Shown here: piece after piece, positions 55,661 to 64,000 of the stretch
Position numbering within the stretch: position 1 is the first letter of the stretch
How the letters are laid out: the number at the start of each line of letters is the position of its first letter
The notes under the pieces: model-generated
Told to the model about the DNA's origin: nothing
Databases searched by the model: none
What the model saw: only the letters and a program-made list of their open reading frames with translations
Source: a virus
Taxonomy: Duplodnaviria; Caudoviricetes
IMG/VR virus record: IMGVR_UViG_3300037512_001928
Span: 43,218 to 107,217 of that record
Reading direction: 5' to 3' (one strand)
Length of the DNA: 64,000 bases
Translations under genes and position numbers: made by a program

Positions 55661-56210
55661 TGTATAAGACTGTAAAGGACGGCAAGCTGATCGACATCGA
55701 TTCGCCGAAGGAGCTGGTGGAGCGCGTCCAGAATGCTCTTGAATATTACCATTACCAGATGGCGGTTGCCAAGCAGATCGCAAGACAAAAGAAAGACATT
55801 GTCATAAAGCAGACCAGGAACGAATGGAAGGAAGAAAACGCCAGTCTCCGGCGTCAGCTCGGTCTCAGCGTAGTCTCCCTCAGTTCCGACAAGGAGCTGA
55901 ATGCCTATAAGATTTTCTGCAGTAAACATATGGCATGCCGCAAGACCAAGATAGACGGCGGCAAGGTGCCGTACATCGTCCAGAACCATACCGGGGTCGG
56001 AACGATCACTCATGTCTGCTGTCAGGTCTGCGGCGCATCCGAAGATATTACCGATACCAGCGTATGGTAAGGTCTGATCCGGCTTGGAATATTTCGCGGT
56101 ATTCCCAGCCGGATCTTCTTTCTGGTTACGTAAGATAAATATTACAATATTCTTTACGAATTCGTAACAAACATTTAAGAACATAAAAAATACAAAAAGG
56201 GGGTTATAAA

Positions 56211-56240
56211 TTGACACGGAGACCATCGTCGACCTATACT
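56211..56240 (+). promoter_or_regulatory. Sigma-A promoter of the integrase
   Basis: TTGACA-N18-TATACT. Confidence 0.7.
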
Positions 56241-56336
56241 GTTTATGATCCGGGCGGCGGCATCTCCACCGGGTCACTGCACCTTGAAAAGAATATACCG
56301 CGAGGCTCCAAAGACACAACACAAGGAGGAGCCATC

Positions 56337-57281
56337 ATGGATAAGAATATTCTCTTTCAACCCTACGTAACGCTCTGGCTGGACTTGTTCAAGAAGAACG
56401 AAGTCAAACCTGCAACCTACCTCAGGCTCGTTCAGTCCGGTGAATCCCTTGGAAAATACCAGATTGGCGGGGAGAAAGTCACAGAGCTGTCCGCGCTTGA
56501 CGTACAGTTCTACATCAACCAGCTTGCAGAGGAAGGGTATAGCTTCAGCACCATCAAGAAACAGCTTGAGCTTGTCAAAGCTTCGCTGCGCAAGGCGGTA
56601 GCGCTGAAGCTGATCCCTGAGAATCCGGCAGACGAAATTGGGATGCCGAACAAGAATAAGCTCAAAAAGAAGCCGAAGGAAGTCTTGGCATACAACGAGG
56701 CGGAGCAGGACAGGATCCGCCAGTACGTTGCCGAACATCCTGAGGATCGTGCTTTGCTCTGTGTTCTCTTCATGATCGAAACCGGATTAAGGTCTGGCGA
56801 AGTATTAGCGCTCCGGTGGCAGGACGTAGATACCGAAGCGCATAAATGCAATGTTCATGCAACCGTTGCGAATCCGCACCAGCCGTCCAAATCCTTTGTA
56901 CAGGACTCACCGAAGACAGACGCGAGTATCCGCACGATCCCGCTGAATCCCAAGGCAACCATGATCCTGAAGAATCTGAAAAGGAAAGCAACCAATGAGT
57001 TTGTATTCGGTCAAGCTGGGCAGGGATACAACAAATGCGGGCGTCTTGAGTATCCTGCATTGATCCGGGCAATCCGGTCGATGTGCGCGAAGCTCAGGAT
57101 CCCCTATCGCGGCGCTCATGTCTTCCGTCATACCTTTGCAACCAACTGCTACTACAAAGGCGTGGACGTAAAGATCCTGGCGAAACTTCTCGGGCACAGC
57201 GATGTGAAGGTAACTTACAACACCTACATCAATCTGTACGGGGACGGCTTCGATGACATGTACGCAGCCGTTTGTTTGTAA
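56337..57281 (+). CDS. int: Phage integrase (tyrosine recombinase 2)
   Basis: TGLRSGE, HVFRHTFAT, LGH, Y; adjacent to a tRNA fragment. Confidence 0.92.
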   Translation: MDKNILFQPYVTLWLDLFKKNEVKPATYLRLVQSGESLGKYQIGGEKVTELSALDVQFYINQLAEEGYSFSTIKKQLELVKASLRKAVALKLIPENPADEIGMPNKNKLKKKPKEVLAYNEAEQDRIRQYVAEHPEDRALLCVLFMIETGLRSGEVLALRWQDVDTEAHKCNVHATVANPHQPSKSFVQDSPKTDASIRTIPLNPKATMILKNLKRKATNEFVFGQAGQGYNKCGRLEYPALIRAIRSMCAKLRIPYRGAHVFRHTFATNCYYKGVDVKILAKLLGHSDVKVTYNTYINLYGDGFDDMYAAVCL

Positions 57282-57373
57282 GGCTTGTATAAATATGCAT
57301 AAAGGTCTTGCAAATATGCACATAAAAAATCAAGCGCCCCAAAGTGGCTGGAACGCTTGATCCATAAGGGTTC

Positions 57374-57421
57374 TGGAGGTGCCATCCAGATTCGAACTGG
57401 AGAATAAAGGTTTTGCAGACC
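57374..57421 (-). other. attP core equal to the 3' half of tRNA-Cys(GCA), including CCA
   Basis: GGTCTGCAAAACCTTTATTCTCCAGTTCGAATCTGGATGGCACCTCCA; the 5' half is absent. Confidence 0.88.
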
Positions 57422-57609
57422 ACTTACAAAATATTCAGCCTCGCGGTATATTTATTCAAGGCTTATTTTTCAAGGCTTCCAGGTCACGATGTTCTTCTCA
57501 AGTGCTTCCGCCGGAAACATTTGCGAAGGTCATCGGGAAGGAGAAAGCACATACGATGACTAAAAAAAATTTTTTTTAGCCTAAATTAAATTAGGAAGAG
57601 GTGATTTTT

Positions 57610-58347
57610 ATCGCGACTTCTAAAACAAGGAAGGCTTCGTCCACAAAAACATAGACCAAGGAAGACGCGCCGCTGACGCTGGAGAACCACATCTTCTACG
57701 GCATTGAGCTTGACGAGGATCAGAAGCGGCTCCGGGACGCCATCTGGTCTCGTGAAATCGACGCCGTCATCTGCGAAGCCTGTGCCGGTTCCGGCAAGAC
57801 TACCATCGCGCTTGGCACGGCGATCATGCTCGTGGAGTACGGCTTCTATTCCGGCATCATCTATCAGGTAGCTGGCGGCGTATATGAATCCCGTCAGGGT
57901 CTGCTCCCCGGGACGCTTCAGCAGAAGTCCCAGCCGCTGTTCGCTCCGCTGTATCAGGCAGTCGCACGGCTCGGCTATGATCCGGATCGCCTGATCGCCT
58001 CCGAGGACAATATGACTGCTATAAAGGAAGGGACGGCATTTATCACCGCTCAGTCCAACTCCTACATTCGCGGCACCTCCTTCGGCGAACATGACAGCCC
58101 GGTCATCGTCATCCTTGACGAGGCGCAGAACTATACGCTGAACGATATCCGCACCGCTGTCACACGCGTTAACGAGGGATCGAAGCTGATCGTACTTGGT
58201 CAGCAGAAGCAGTGCGACTTGAAGTACGCGCAGGATTCCGGTCTCCCGAGACTGGTCGAGGTTTTCCGGCATCCCGACTGGTGCAGGATTTGCACCCTGT
58301 CTCATAACTACCGTGGGCGAATCTCCACCCTTGGCGATGAACTATAA
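57610..58347 (+). CDS. phoH: PhoH-like ATPase with in-frame TAG at 57652
   Basis: Walker A ACAGSGKT upstream of the first ATG; YIRGTSF, ILDEAQN, TRV, QCD. Confidence 0.85.
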
Positions 58348-58368
58348 GATGAAAGGATACCAATTATT

Positions 58369-58992
58369 ATGGCGATGATTGAAATTACTCCGATTGCTGA
58401 AGAACTCTGCAAAGAAATGTCTCCCCTGCCCTCCTCCGATGAAGTCAGCCTGTGGGCGCTGGAGAAGGATCGCAAAATATATATTGACTATGATATCGAC
58501 GATACGCTGTCTCAGGCACACCGCCTGATCATGCGCTGGAATATCGAGGACAAGGGTCTTCCCATCGGCGAGCGCAAACCGATCTGGATCTACGTCATGT
58601 CCTACGGCGGCGATCTCGACTACATGTGGATGCTGATCGACGTCATCATGCTGTCCTCTACTCCAATCTATACCGTCAATATTAATGAAGCCGGATCCGC
58701 CGCTGGGCTGATCTTCCTCGCCGGACATCGGCGGTATATGATGCCTCGTTCCAAGCTGGTTATTCACGAAGGTTCCGCGCAGCTCTCCGGCGATGCGGTC
58801 AAGGTTATGGATCAGTCCGAGTCCTATAAGAAACAGCTCAAGCAGATGAAGGACTTTATTCTGGAACGCACAACCATCCCGAAGCAACAGCTGATGCGTA
58901 AGCGAAACAACGACTGGGAGCTGGATGCGACATACTGTTTGGAACATAATGCATGTGATAAGATTGTGACAGACATCGAGGAGATCATCTGA
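58369..58992 (+). CDS. ClpP-like protease
   Basis: SYGG, AGSAAGLIFLAG, IHEGS. Confidence 0.85.
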   Translation: MAMIEITPIAEELCKEMSPLPSSDEVSLWALEKDRKIYIDYDIDDTLSQAHRLIMRWNIEDKGLPIGERKPIWIYVMSYGGDLDYMWMLIDVIMLSSTPIYTVNINEAGSAAGLIFLAGHRRYMMPRSKLVIHEGSAQLSGDAVKVMDQSESYKKQLKQMKDFILERTTIPKQQLMRKRNNDWELDATYCLEHNACDKIVTDIEEII

Positions 58993-59341
58993 TGCCGATG
59001 CTGAAGGATTATCTGAAGTACATCCTGCCGTGGTGCTCGAAAGAGCTGAAACCAATCATGAGAGATTATCTCAAGGCATACTACCGCGAAGATCTTTCCA
59101 GCAACGAAACCGTATCGTCAACATGGGTCATCGAGGAAGATGATGCAGAGGAGCAGATGATCCAAGAGGATCTCGCGGATCTGCTTTACGAGTGCATGCG
59201 GCATAAGTATTACTTCGGAAATTATACCAAAACCATTACTCAGGCGAATAACGGTACGCCGAATCCGGAGAAGTCCTACAATGTCATGACAATCGAGATT
59301 CCGATCAGGCATTCTGTAGAATACCCATAAAATGTATGTTT

Positions 59342-59406
59342 TGGGGGTATAAAAAAAGAGGGCGTTACGATAGCTTATAACTACCGTAACGCCCGTTATT
59401 TTTTTT
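59342..59406. terminator. Bidirectional terminator between the convergent arms
   Basis: GGGCGTTACG/CGTAACGCCC stem flanked by A- and T-tracts. Confidence 0.85.
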
Positions 59407-59713
59407 ACCCATCTTCCAGCAGTTTCTTCATTTCAAAGACTGCGCTTTCGATCGCGATATTGACTTCCTGTAGATCAATATCATATCCCTTGTCTTTCAG
59501 GTACTGTTTGACATAGGCTTTCTTTTCCTGCCCCATGCCGCCCTCAGGCCACAGCTGTTCCGCCGCGAGGACGCCAGCCTTAGCCCACTTCAGCAGATTG
59601 TTGTACTGCTGTTCGGTAATCTTGGATTTGATCAGCGGGATTACAAACCCCGTGATGATAAATCCAAGCAGTGTCACAACTGCCTTGATAATATCCGTAA
59701 GGTCAATTGTCAT
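59405..59713 (-). CDS. Holin, LL-H family
   Basis: One TM helix, V.AAEQL..G.GQEKK, IESAV. Confidence 0.8.
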   Translation of the reverse strand: MTIDLTDIIKAVVTLLGFIITGFVIPLIKSKITEQQYNNLLKWAKAGVLAAEQLWPEGGMGQEKKAYVKQYLKDKGYDIDLQEVNIAIESAVFEMKKLLEDG

Positions 59714-60039
59714 CCGTTCGACGCCTCCTTGTTATCTTGATCGTCTTCCTTATCTTCATTTCCGGTCAGGCTGTCCATAATCTTCTGCCTCTCACCGCTC
59801 TTTGCGTTGAAGTAGTTGATGGCAACCTTCTCGGTTGCGCTGTTGACGGTGTAGCTGATAACCACGCACATCGCGGCATCGTCCACGCCGTTGGTCAGCG
59901 CCGCCAGCCCTGCCGTAATATCGGGGCGCAGGATCGCAACCACCAGCGTCAGGATCCGGTACGCCGCCCAGAAGATAAGTACCCATTTGCTCAGTCTCTT
60001 GCTGAACTGTTCATAAGCCGCCGTCTTCTTTGTTGCCAT
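59710..60039 (-). CDS. Two-TM membrane protein in the lysis module
   Basis: EQFSK followed by two hydrophobic helices. Confidence 0.65.
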   Translation of the reverse strand: MATKKTAAYEQFSKRLSKWVLIFWAAYRILTLVVAILRPDITAGLAALTNGVDDAAMCVVISYTVNSATEKVAINYFNAKSGERQKIMDSLTGNEDKEDDQDNKEASNG

Positions 60040-60057
60040 CCGCGCCGCCTCCTGCCG

Positions 60058-60546
60058 TTACGCCAGGAAATGATGCGTACCGTTGCCGTGTACGCATTCA
60101 TCGCCGCATTTGAGAATGTACTGATATGCCAGATCAAACCGCCCGTTGCGGATGTTGTATTTCTCAATATACTTCTGATACTGGTCATTCAGATCTACGA
60201 TGTGATCGTATTCTTCTTCGGTATGCTCTCGCCCCTGCCGTAATGAGTTTGCGAAATCGAGAATGGTTGTCCGGATAAAATTCACATCGTTCATATCGAT
60301 GACTTCCATCTGTTTTTCATTCTCGATCTTGACTTGATCCAGCTCGGTTTTCAGCCCGTCTACATCGTTGGTCAGTCTGTCGATCCTGACGGTAACATCG
60401 CTGTTAAGCTGTCTGCCGATAAACCGCAGAATCCTCGTAAACGGTCGAAGTTTGAATTTTGGGATTTCAAAGATCATCCCAAGCATAAACGCACAGAAAG
60501 CCCAGTGCCCTACGCACCAGTCAAAGAAATTATGCAGTGTATCCAA
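60058..60546 (-). CDS. Holin-like membrane/coiled-coil protein
   Basis: N-terminal TM helix, coiled coil, IL.FAN..HTEEEY..Y..Y..NG. Confidence 0.6.
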   Translation of the reverse strand: MDTLHNFFDWCVGHWAFCAFMLGMIFEIPKFKLRPFTRILRFIGRQLNSDVTVRIDRLTNDVDGLKTELDQVKIENEKQMEVIDMNDVNFIRTTILDFANSLRQGREHTEEEYDHIVDLNDQYQKYIEKYNIRNGRFDLAYQYILKCGDECVHGNGTHHFLA

Positions 60547-60585
60547 TGTTGCACCACCCTTCCGCCCTTATTCAGTATCATCCCA

Positions 60586-61416
60586 TTATCCGCGAAGCCC
60601 GAGCAGATCGCCGAGGGTGTCGTAGACGCGTTCCAGCTCGGCGCGACTGACCGTGATCAACTCGCTTTCGCCGGAGCCGGAGCTGACGGGGGTGGAGTCT
60701 CCGGTGTCGTTTACGTTGTGTACAAACGTGGACAGTACGTAGCCGGTGATCCCGTTGTGGATGACACGGCTCCATTCCGTCCCCATCTCGAGCAGGGTGA
60801 CTTCCGCTCCCTGAGGAATCTCGTCCAGCTTGGTGGAGCTGATACTGCGGTTTGCCCGCAGGTTGATGGGCAGTCTTTCATTTCCGCCTCTCAGAATAAC
60901 CATTAGTTTCACCTCGTCTTTGGTCGATGCAGAAGTATTTCCTGCATCGCCATAATCAATATCTTTCAGCATCCCGCCGTGGCTCCACTTGCCGAGCTTG
61001 GTATCCCGTGCAATTGGGCCCGGGCTGGTGCAGTGCGTAATAATAAGAGGGTTCAGGTTTGTTACAACGCCGACATGATAGTAATCGTTCAGGTCTCCGT
61101 TGTAACGTTTACCGCCCTCCTGATACTTCTCCGGCAGACTGTACGATCTCTCGCCGGGTACCATATGCTTGTATACAACTTCGCCGAGGAATAACGCCTT
61201 AACGTTTGGGATCTTATCGAAGGATGTCATCTCGCTCCGGGCAGCGTAGTTACTTCCATGGATCCCAGCCCACTTTCCTCCGGCAAGCCGTTTTGCTCCG
61301 ATGATCAGCCCAATACAATCGCATTGACCTTCGCTCCCGTCTCCGGGCTGATGATACTCTTTAATGCGCGATACGTTCTGCTCGACTCCGTCCAGAAATC
61401 TTTCAAGAGAGATCAT
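60586..61416 (-). CDS. Endolysin (NlpC/P60-CHAP-like) with SH3 domain
   Basis: CDCIGLI, HVGVV, HCT; INLR..WSRV..GITGYV. Confidence 0.8.
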   Translation of the reverse strand: MISLERFLDGVEQNVSRIKEYHQPGDGSEGQCDCIGLIIGAKRLAGGKWAGIHGSNYAARSEMTSFDKIPNVKALFLGEVVYKHMVPGERSYSLPEKYQEGGKRYNGDLNDYYHVGVVTNLNPLIITHCTSPGPIARDTKLGKWSHGGMLKDIDYGDAGNTSASTKDEVKLMVILRGGNERLPINLRANRSISSTKLDEIPQGAEVTLLEMGTEWSRVIHNGITGYVLSTFVHNVNDTGDSTPVSSGSGESELITVSRAELERVYDTLGDLLGLRG

Positions 61417-61631
61417 GTTACATCACCTCGGTAGATTCAATTATAAAATCCTGTCAAAGATTTTTGTGAAAAAACAGTAGATTTTGTACCAAAAATATGA
61501 TATAATCCGTAACTGAAAAGGCGTCGCGGGTACCAGCCGCAACGCCTTGGCGGAAGATGTGAGTCAGGCACACCATCCGGTAAGTGATTTTATCACATCC
61601 TTTCGCCGAAATCAAGAAAGGATGTGTTTTT

Positions 61632-62627
61632 ATGTCGTACGAAATCAAGATGTCCTTCCTGAAGGATCTGGAGCGCAGCCTGTCCGACAAGATCACCGTC
61701 AGCGCTTTGACTGATGTGATGTCTTCTGCTTCCGACATCCTTGAACATTACGAATTCTCAAGGATGCTCCGCATTGAAGACTCTTTCAGTCTGGATCTGT
61801 TGGATACTTGGCTTACTGCTATGAAGGTGGAAGGTCGAAGCCCAAAGACAATCCAGGCGTATTCCTACCTGATTAACCGTCTCCTCAATGATCTTCGTGT
61901 TCCGATCCGGAGTATTACGGTCTATCATCTTCGTAACTGGCTTACGAAAGAGAAGGCTCGCGGAATCTCTGACTGTACATTGAAAGGCAATCGCGAGGTC
62001 TTCAGTTCCATGTTTGGGTGGCTCTGGAGGGAAGGTCTGATCGAAAAGAACCCTGTCGCCAATATCGGCGCCATCAAAGTGCAGAAGAAGATCCGCGAAC
62101 CTTACGCGGATGTTGAACTTGAAAACCTGAAAAAAGCATGCGGACGTTCCAAGCTTCCGGATCGTGATATCGCCATTATCACCTTCCTGCTTGCTACAGG
62201 CTGTCGCGTCAGCGAGATGACGCAACTCAACCGGAATGATATCAATTTCATTGCTAAAGAAGTCACGGTTCTTGGAAAAGGAAATAAAGAGCGTGTTGTA
62301 TACTTCGATGGTGTTACGTCCATGTACCTCAAACGCTATCTGGATTCAAGACGCGATCTCTGTCCGGCGCTGTTCGCGAATTACCGTCTTGAACGCCTGA
62401 CTCAGAATGGTGTCCGGGCAATGCTGAACCGGATAGCACTGAACGCCGGTGTTGATCACGTCCATCCGCACAAGTTCCGCAGAACGCTGGCTACAATGCT
62501 GATCGCTCATGGCATGCCGATTCAGGAAGTCGCTGCGATCTTGGGCCACGAAAAACTGGACACGACCATGAAGTACGTTGTCTTGGACAAGACTCAGGTG
62601 AAAAACTCTTACATGAAATTCGCCTGA
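61632..62627 (+). CDS. Tyrosine recombinase 3 (XerD-like, N-terminal SAM-like domain)
   Basis: EGRSPKTI..Y, TGCRVSE, GKGNKER, HPHKFRRT, LGH, TTMKY; extended -10 TGATATAAT at 61498. Confidence 0.92.
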   Translation: MSYEIKMSFLKDLERSLSDKITVSALTDVMSSASDILEHYEFSRMLRIEDSFSLDLLDTWLTAMKVEGRSPKTIQAYSYLINRLLNDLRVPIRSITVYHLRNWLTKEKARGISDCTLKGNREVFSSMFGWLWREGLIEKNPVANIGAIKVQKKIREPYADVELENLKKACGRSKLPDRDIAIITFLLATGCRVSEMTQLNRNDINFIAKEVTVLGKGNKERVVYFDGVTSMYLKRYLDSRRDLCPALFANYRLERLTQNGVRAMLNRIALNAGVDHVHPHKFRRTLATMLIAHGMPIQEVAAILGHEKLDTTMKYVVLDKTQVKNSYMKFA

Positions 62628-62730
62628 CAGAAGTCTGTACAGCACCATGACAAACAGCCACTTGAAAAAACCAAGTGGCTGTTTCTTTTGCTGTTTTTTT
62701 TTACTGGTTAGTCTGTTCAAACCGTGTGGT

Positions 62731-62746
62731 TTAATGGTCACTTTAA
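62731..62746 (-). other. Perfect recombination-site candidate TTAA-AGTGACCA-TTAA
   Basis: Consensus of the 40-46 kb junction motif, about 100 bp downstream of recombinase 3. Confidence 0.7.
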
Positions 62747-62747
62747 G

Positions 62748-62867
62748 TTACAGGTTTTCTTCTCCAATCCGCTTTATTAAGCGTTTTCTGGCACGTTTCC
62801 ACCGCGCTTTTTTGTGAGTTTTGCGACCACGGAAATTGAGCTGATATCCCAACATATTAATTGTCAT
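62748..62867 (-). CDS. 39-aa basic peptide ending next to the recombination site
   Basis: AAGGAG RBS; MTINMLGYQLNFRGRKTHKKARWKRARKRLIKRIGEENL. Confidence 0.5.
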   Translation of the reverse strand: MTINMLGYQLNFRGRKTHKKARWKRARKRLIKRIGEENL

Positions 62868-63048
62868 ATCGTTCTCCTTTAATCCCGGAGCAGTAGCGCT
62901 CCTGCCTACGATGCCGGGTCACCGGATAGCTCTCGCATGGCGTATCAGCACGTCCACCGCTTATTTATAGACGTTGTTGGCGTTCGTCTTATGACTCCTT
63001 TTAAACAACAATATCCCCGTGCCCGTCTTCTGTGACTTCTGTTACTCT

Positions 63049-64000
63049 TTAAGTGCTTCCATCTATCAAACAGATTCTTCCATCTGCAAAGAAATCAGTA
63101 TATACCGCAGGATTGAAATAACCTTTCCAGAAAACCATAGCTTTGCCCAACTGATCAACCATTGGACGGGCAACCCTGACCCCGTTTGTCCGGTCTGAGG
63201 ATGCGACATCGGTTGTTTTTGTTGCCGTGTGCGTCTGCGAATCATAACTGTAAATAGCGAGATAATCAGACCCTTCGTATCCTCTTGCAACAGCTATCCG
63301 GTCTGTTCCGATCCATGCAACGCCAAGCTGTGCATGAGAACCGGATGCGAGCAGGTCATTTCCTGCGCTTGCAATATTGTAGGGGCCTCCATTGTCGTAC
63401 ACCTTATATGTCGCAACGCTGTTCGCTGTGTACTCAAATTCGCTGAAAAGGAATTTCACATCGCCGACATCGGTTTTTGCACCGTTGTAAAGCCGGAGCC
63501 TGTTTCCGGACGCAGGAGAAACAGCTATTGGAATATCGTTAAAATCTATTGATGTGGTTCCAATCAGCGTAGTATCATCGGTTTTGTATACTCTCATCGT
63601 GTCAAGATGCAGATACGATGCCCGGATATCAGTCTCCGAAAACGCCGGATTGCTATAGCACAGCATCAGAAGCGTTCCCGGAGTATTCGTTTCCGTCAAC
63701 TGGATATAATACTGCACATCGGCAACCACAAGGGCTGTTTCTTCGCTCCATGTCTGCCCCATATCCTCGCTGATCTTATACGCCCACCTGAAATCATATC
63801 CTGTCGGATTGATGCGCTCCCGTGTGAACATATACAGGTTTCCGTCATATTCAAAAATCTGAACATAGCTGACGTTGTAATCAAAGGCTGTAACAATGGC
63901 ATCATTAAACCTGTCTATTGACTCCTGCTCCGTGGATATCCTGACAAACACGTTCTTTCCGTCCGAATGCCCTTCTGTGTAAGCGCACAGGATTTTCCCG
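63049..64000 (-). CDS. BNR/Asp-box beta-propeller protein, 5' truncated (possible tail or receptor-binding part)
   Basis: Asp-box SEDMGQTWS; frame open to the window edge; upstream of the lysis genes. Confidence 0.6.
   Translation of the reverse strand, partial: GKILCAYTEGHSDGKNVFVRISTEQESIDRFNDAIVTAFDYNVSYVQIFEYDGNLYMFTRERINPTGYDFRWAYKISEDMGQTWSEETALVVADVQYYIQLTETNTPGTLLMLCYSNPAFSETDIRASYLHLDTMRVYKTDDTTLIGTTSIDFNDIPIAVSPASGNRLRLYNGAKTDVGDVKFLFSEFEYTANSVATYKVYDNGGPYNIASAGNDLLASGSHAQLGVAWIGTDRIAVARGYEGSDYLAIYSYDSQTHTATKTTDVASSDRTNGVRVARPMVDQLGKAMVFWKGYFNPAVYTDFFADGRICLIDGST

Noticed and set aside
57374-57421. Functional tRNA-Cys gene
   Set aside because: The D-arm and 5' acceptor strand are missing; it is an att core.
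62907-62925. Extra cassette site (GTGACC core)
   Set aside because: Lacks the TTAA arms.
62880-63000. Pistol-like ribozyme on the minus strand
   Set aside because: A hairpin followed by TAAAT is present, but I could not build the pseudoknot and P2/P3 convincingly.

Overview
The window is a 64-kb segment of a large temperate phage of a Firmicutes (probably Clostridia) host, about 50% GC. A leftward arm (1-8.7 kb) holds a non-coding RNA cluster, a split C5 DNA methyltransferase and an AEP primase/Rep-like gene. It diverges from the rightward arm across a 1.9-kb AT-rich, DnaA-box-rich origin-like region. The rightward arm runs: a candidate large structured ncRNA; about 40 small early genes; replication genes (Sak4-like ATPase, SSB, sigma-like factor, DUF2828, primase-helicase, PD-(D/E)XK nuclease, dnaE split by a group I intron with an HNH gene); a low-GC array of small genes (39.8-46 kb); RNA ligase; nucleotide metabolism (NrdH/NrdD/NrdG, dUTPase, ThyX-like); RuvC; an integrase with attP matching the tRNA-Cys 3' half; PhoH and ClpP. 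It converges with lysis genes and a truncated BNR-repeat gene. Best candidate for an undescribed system: the small-gene array is punctuated by about 12 copies of a tyrosine-recombinase-type site, TTAA-(N)GTGACC(N)-TTAA. A perfect copy lies about 100 bp downstream of a XerD-like recombinase at 61.6 kb, and one array segment looks like captured foreign DNA cut exactly at such a site, suggesting integron-like cassette capture. Other highlights are a ~750-nt ornate RNA, ACAGCAA anticodon-like RNAs possibly partnered with DUF2828, and possible TAG-to-Gln recoding. All family calls are motif recognition by eye; no searches were run.
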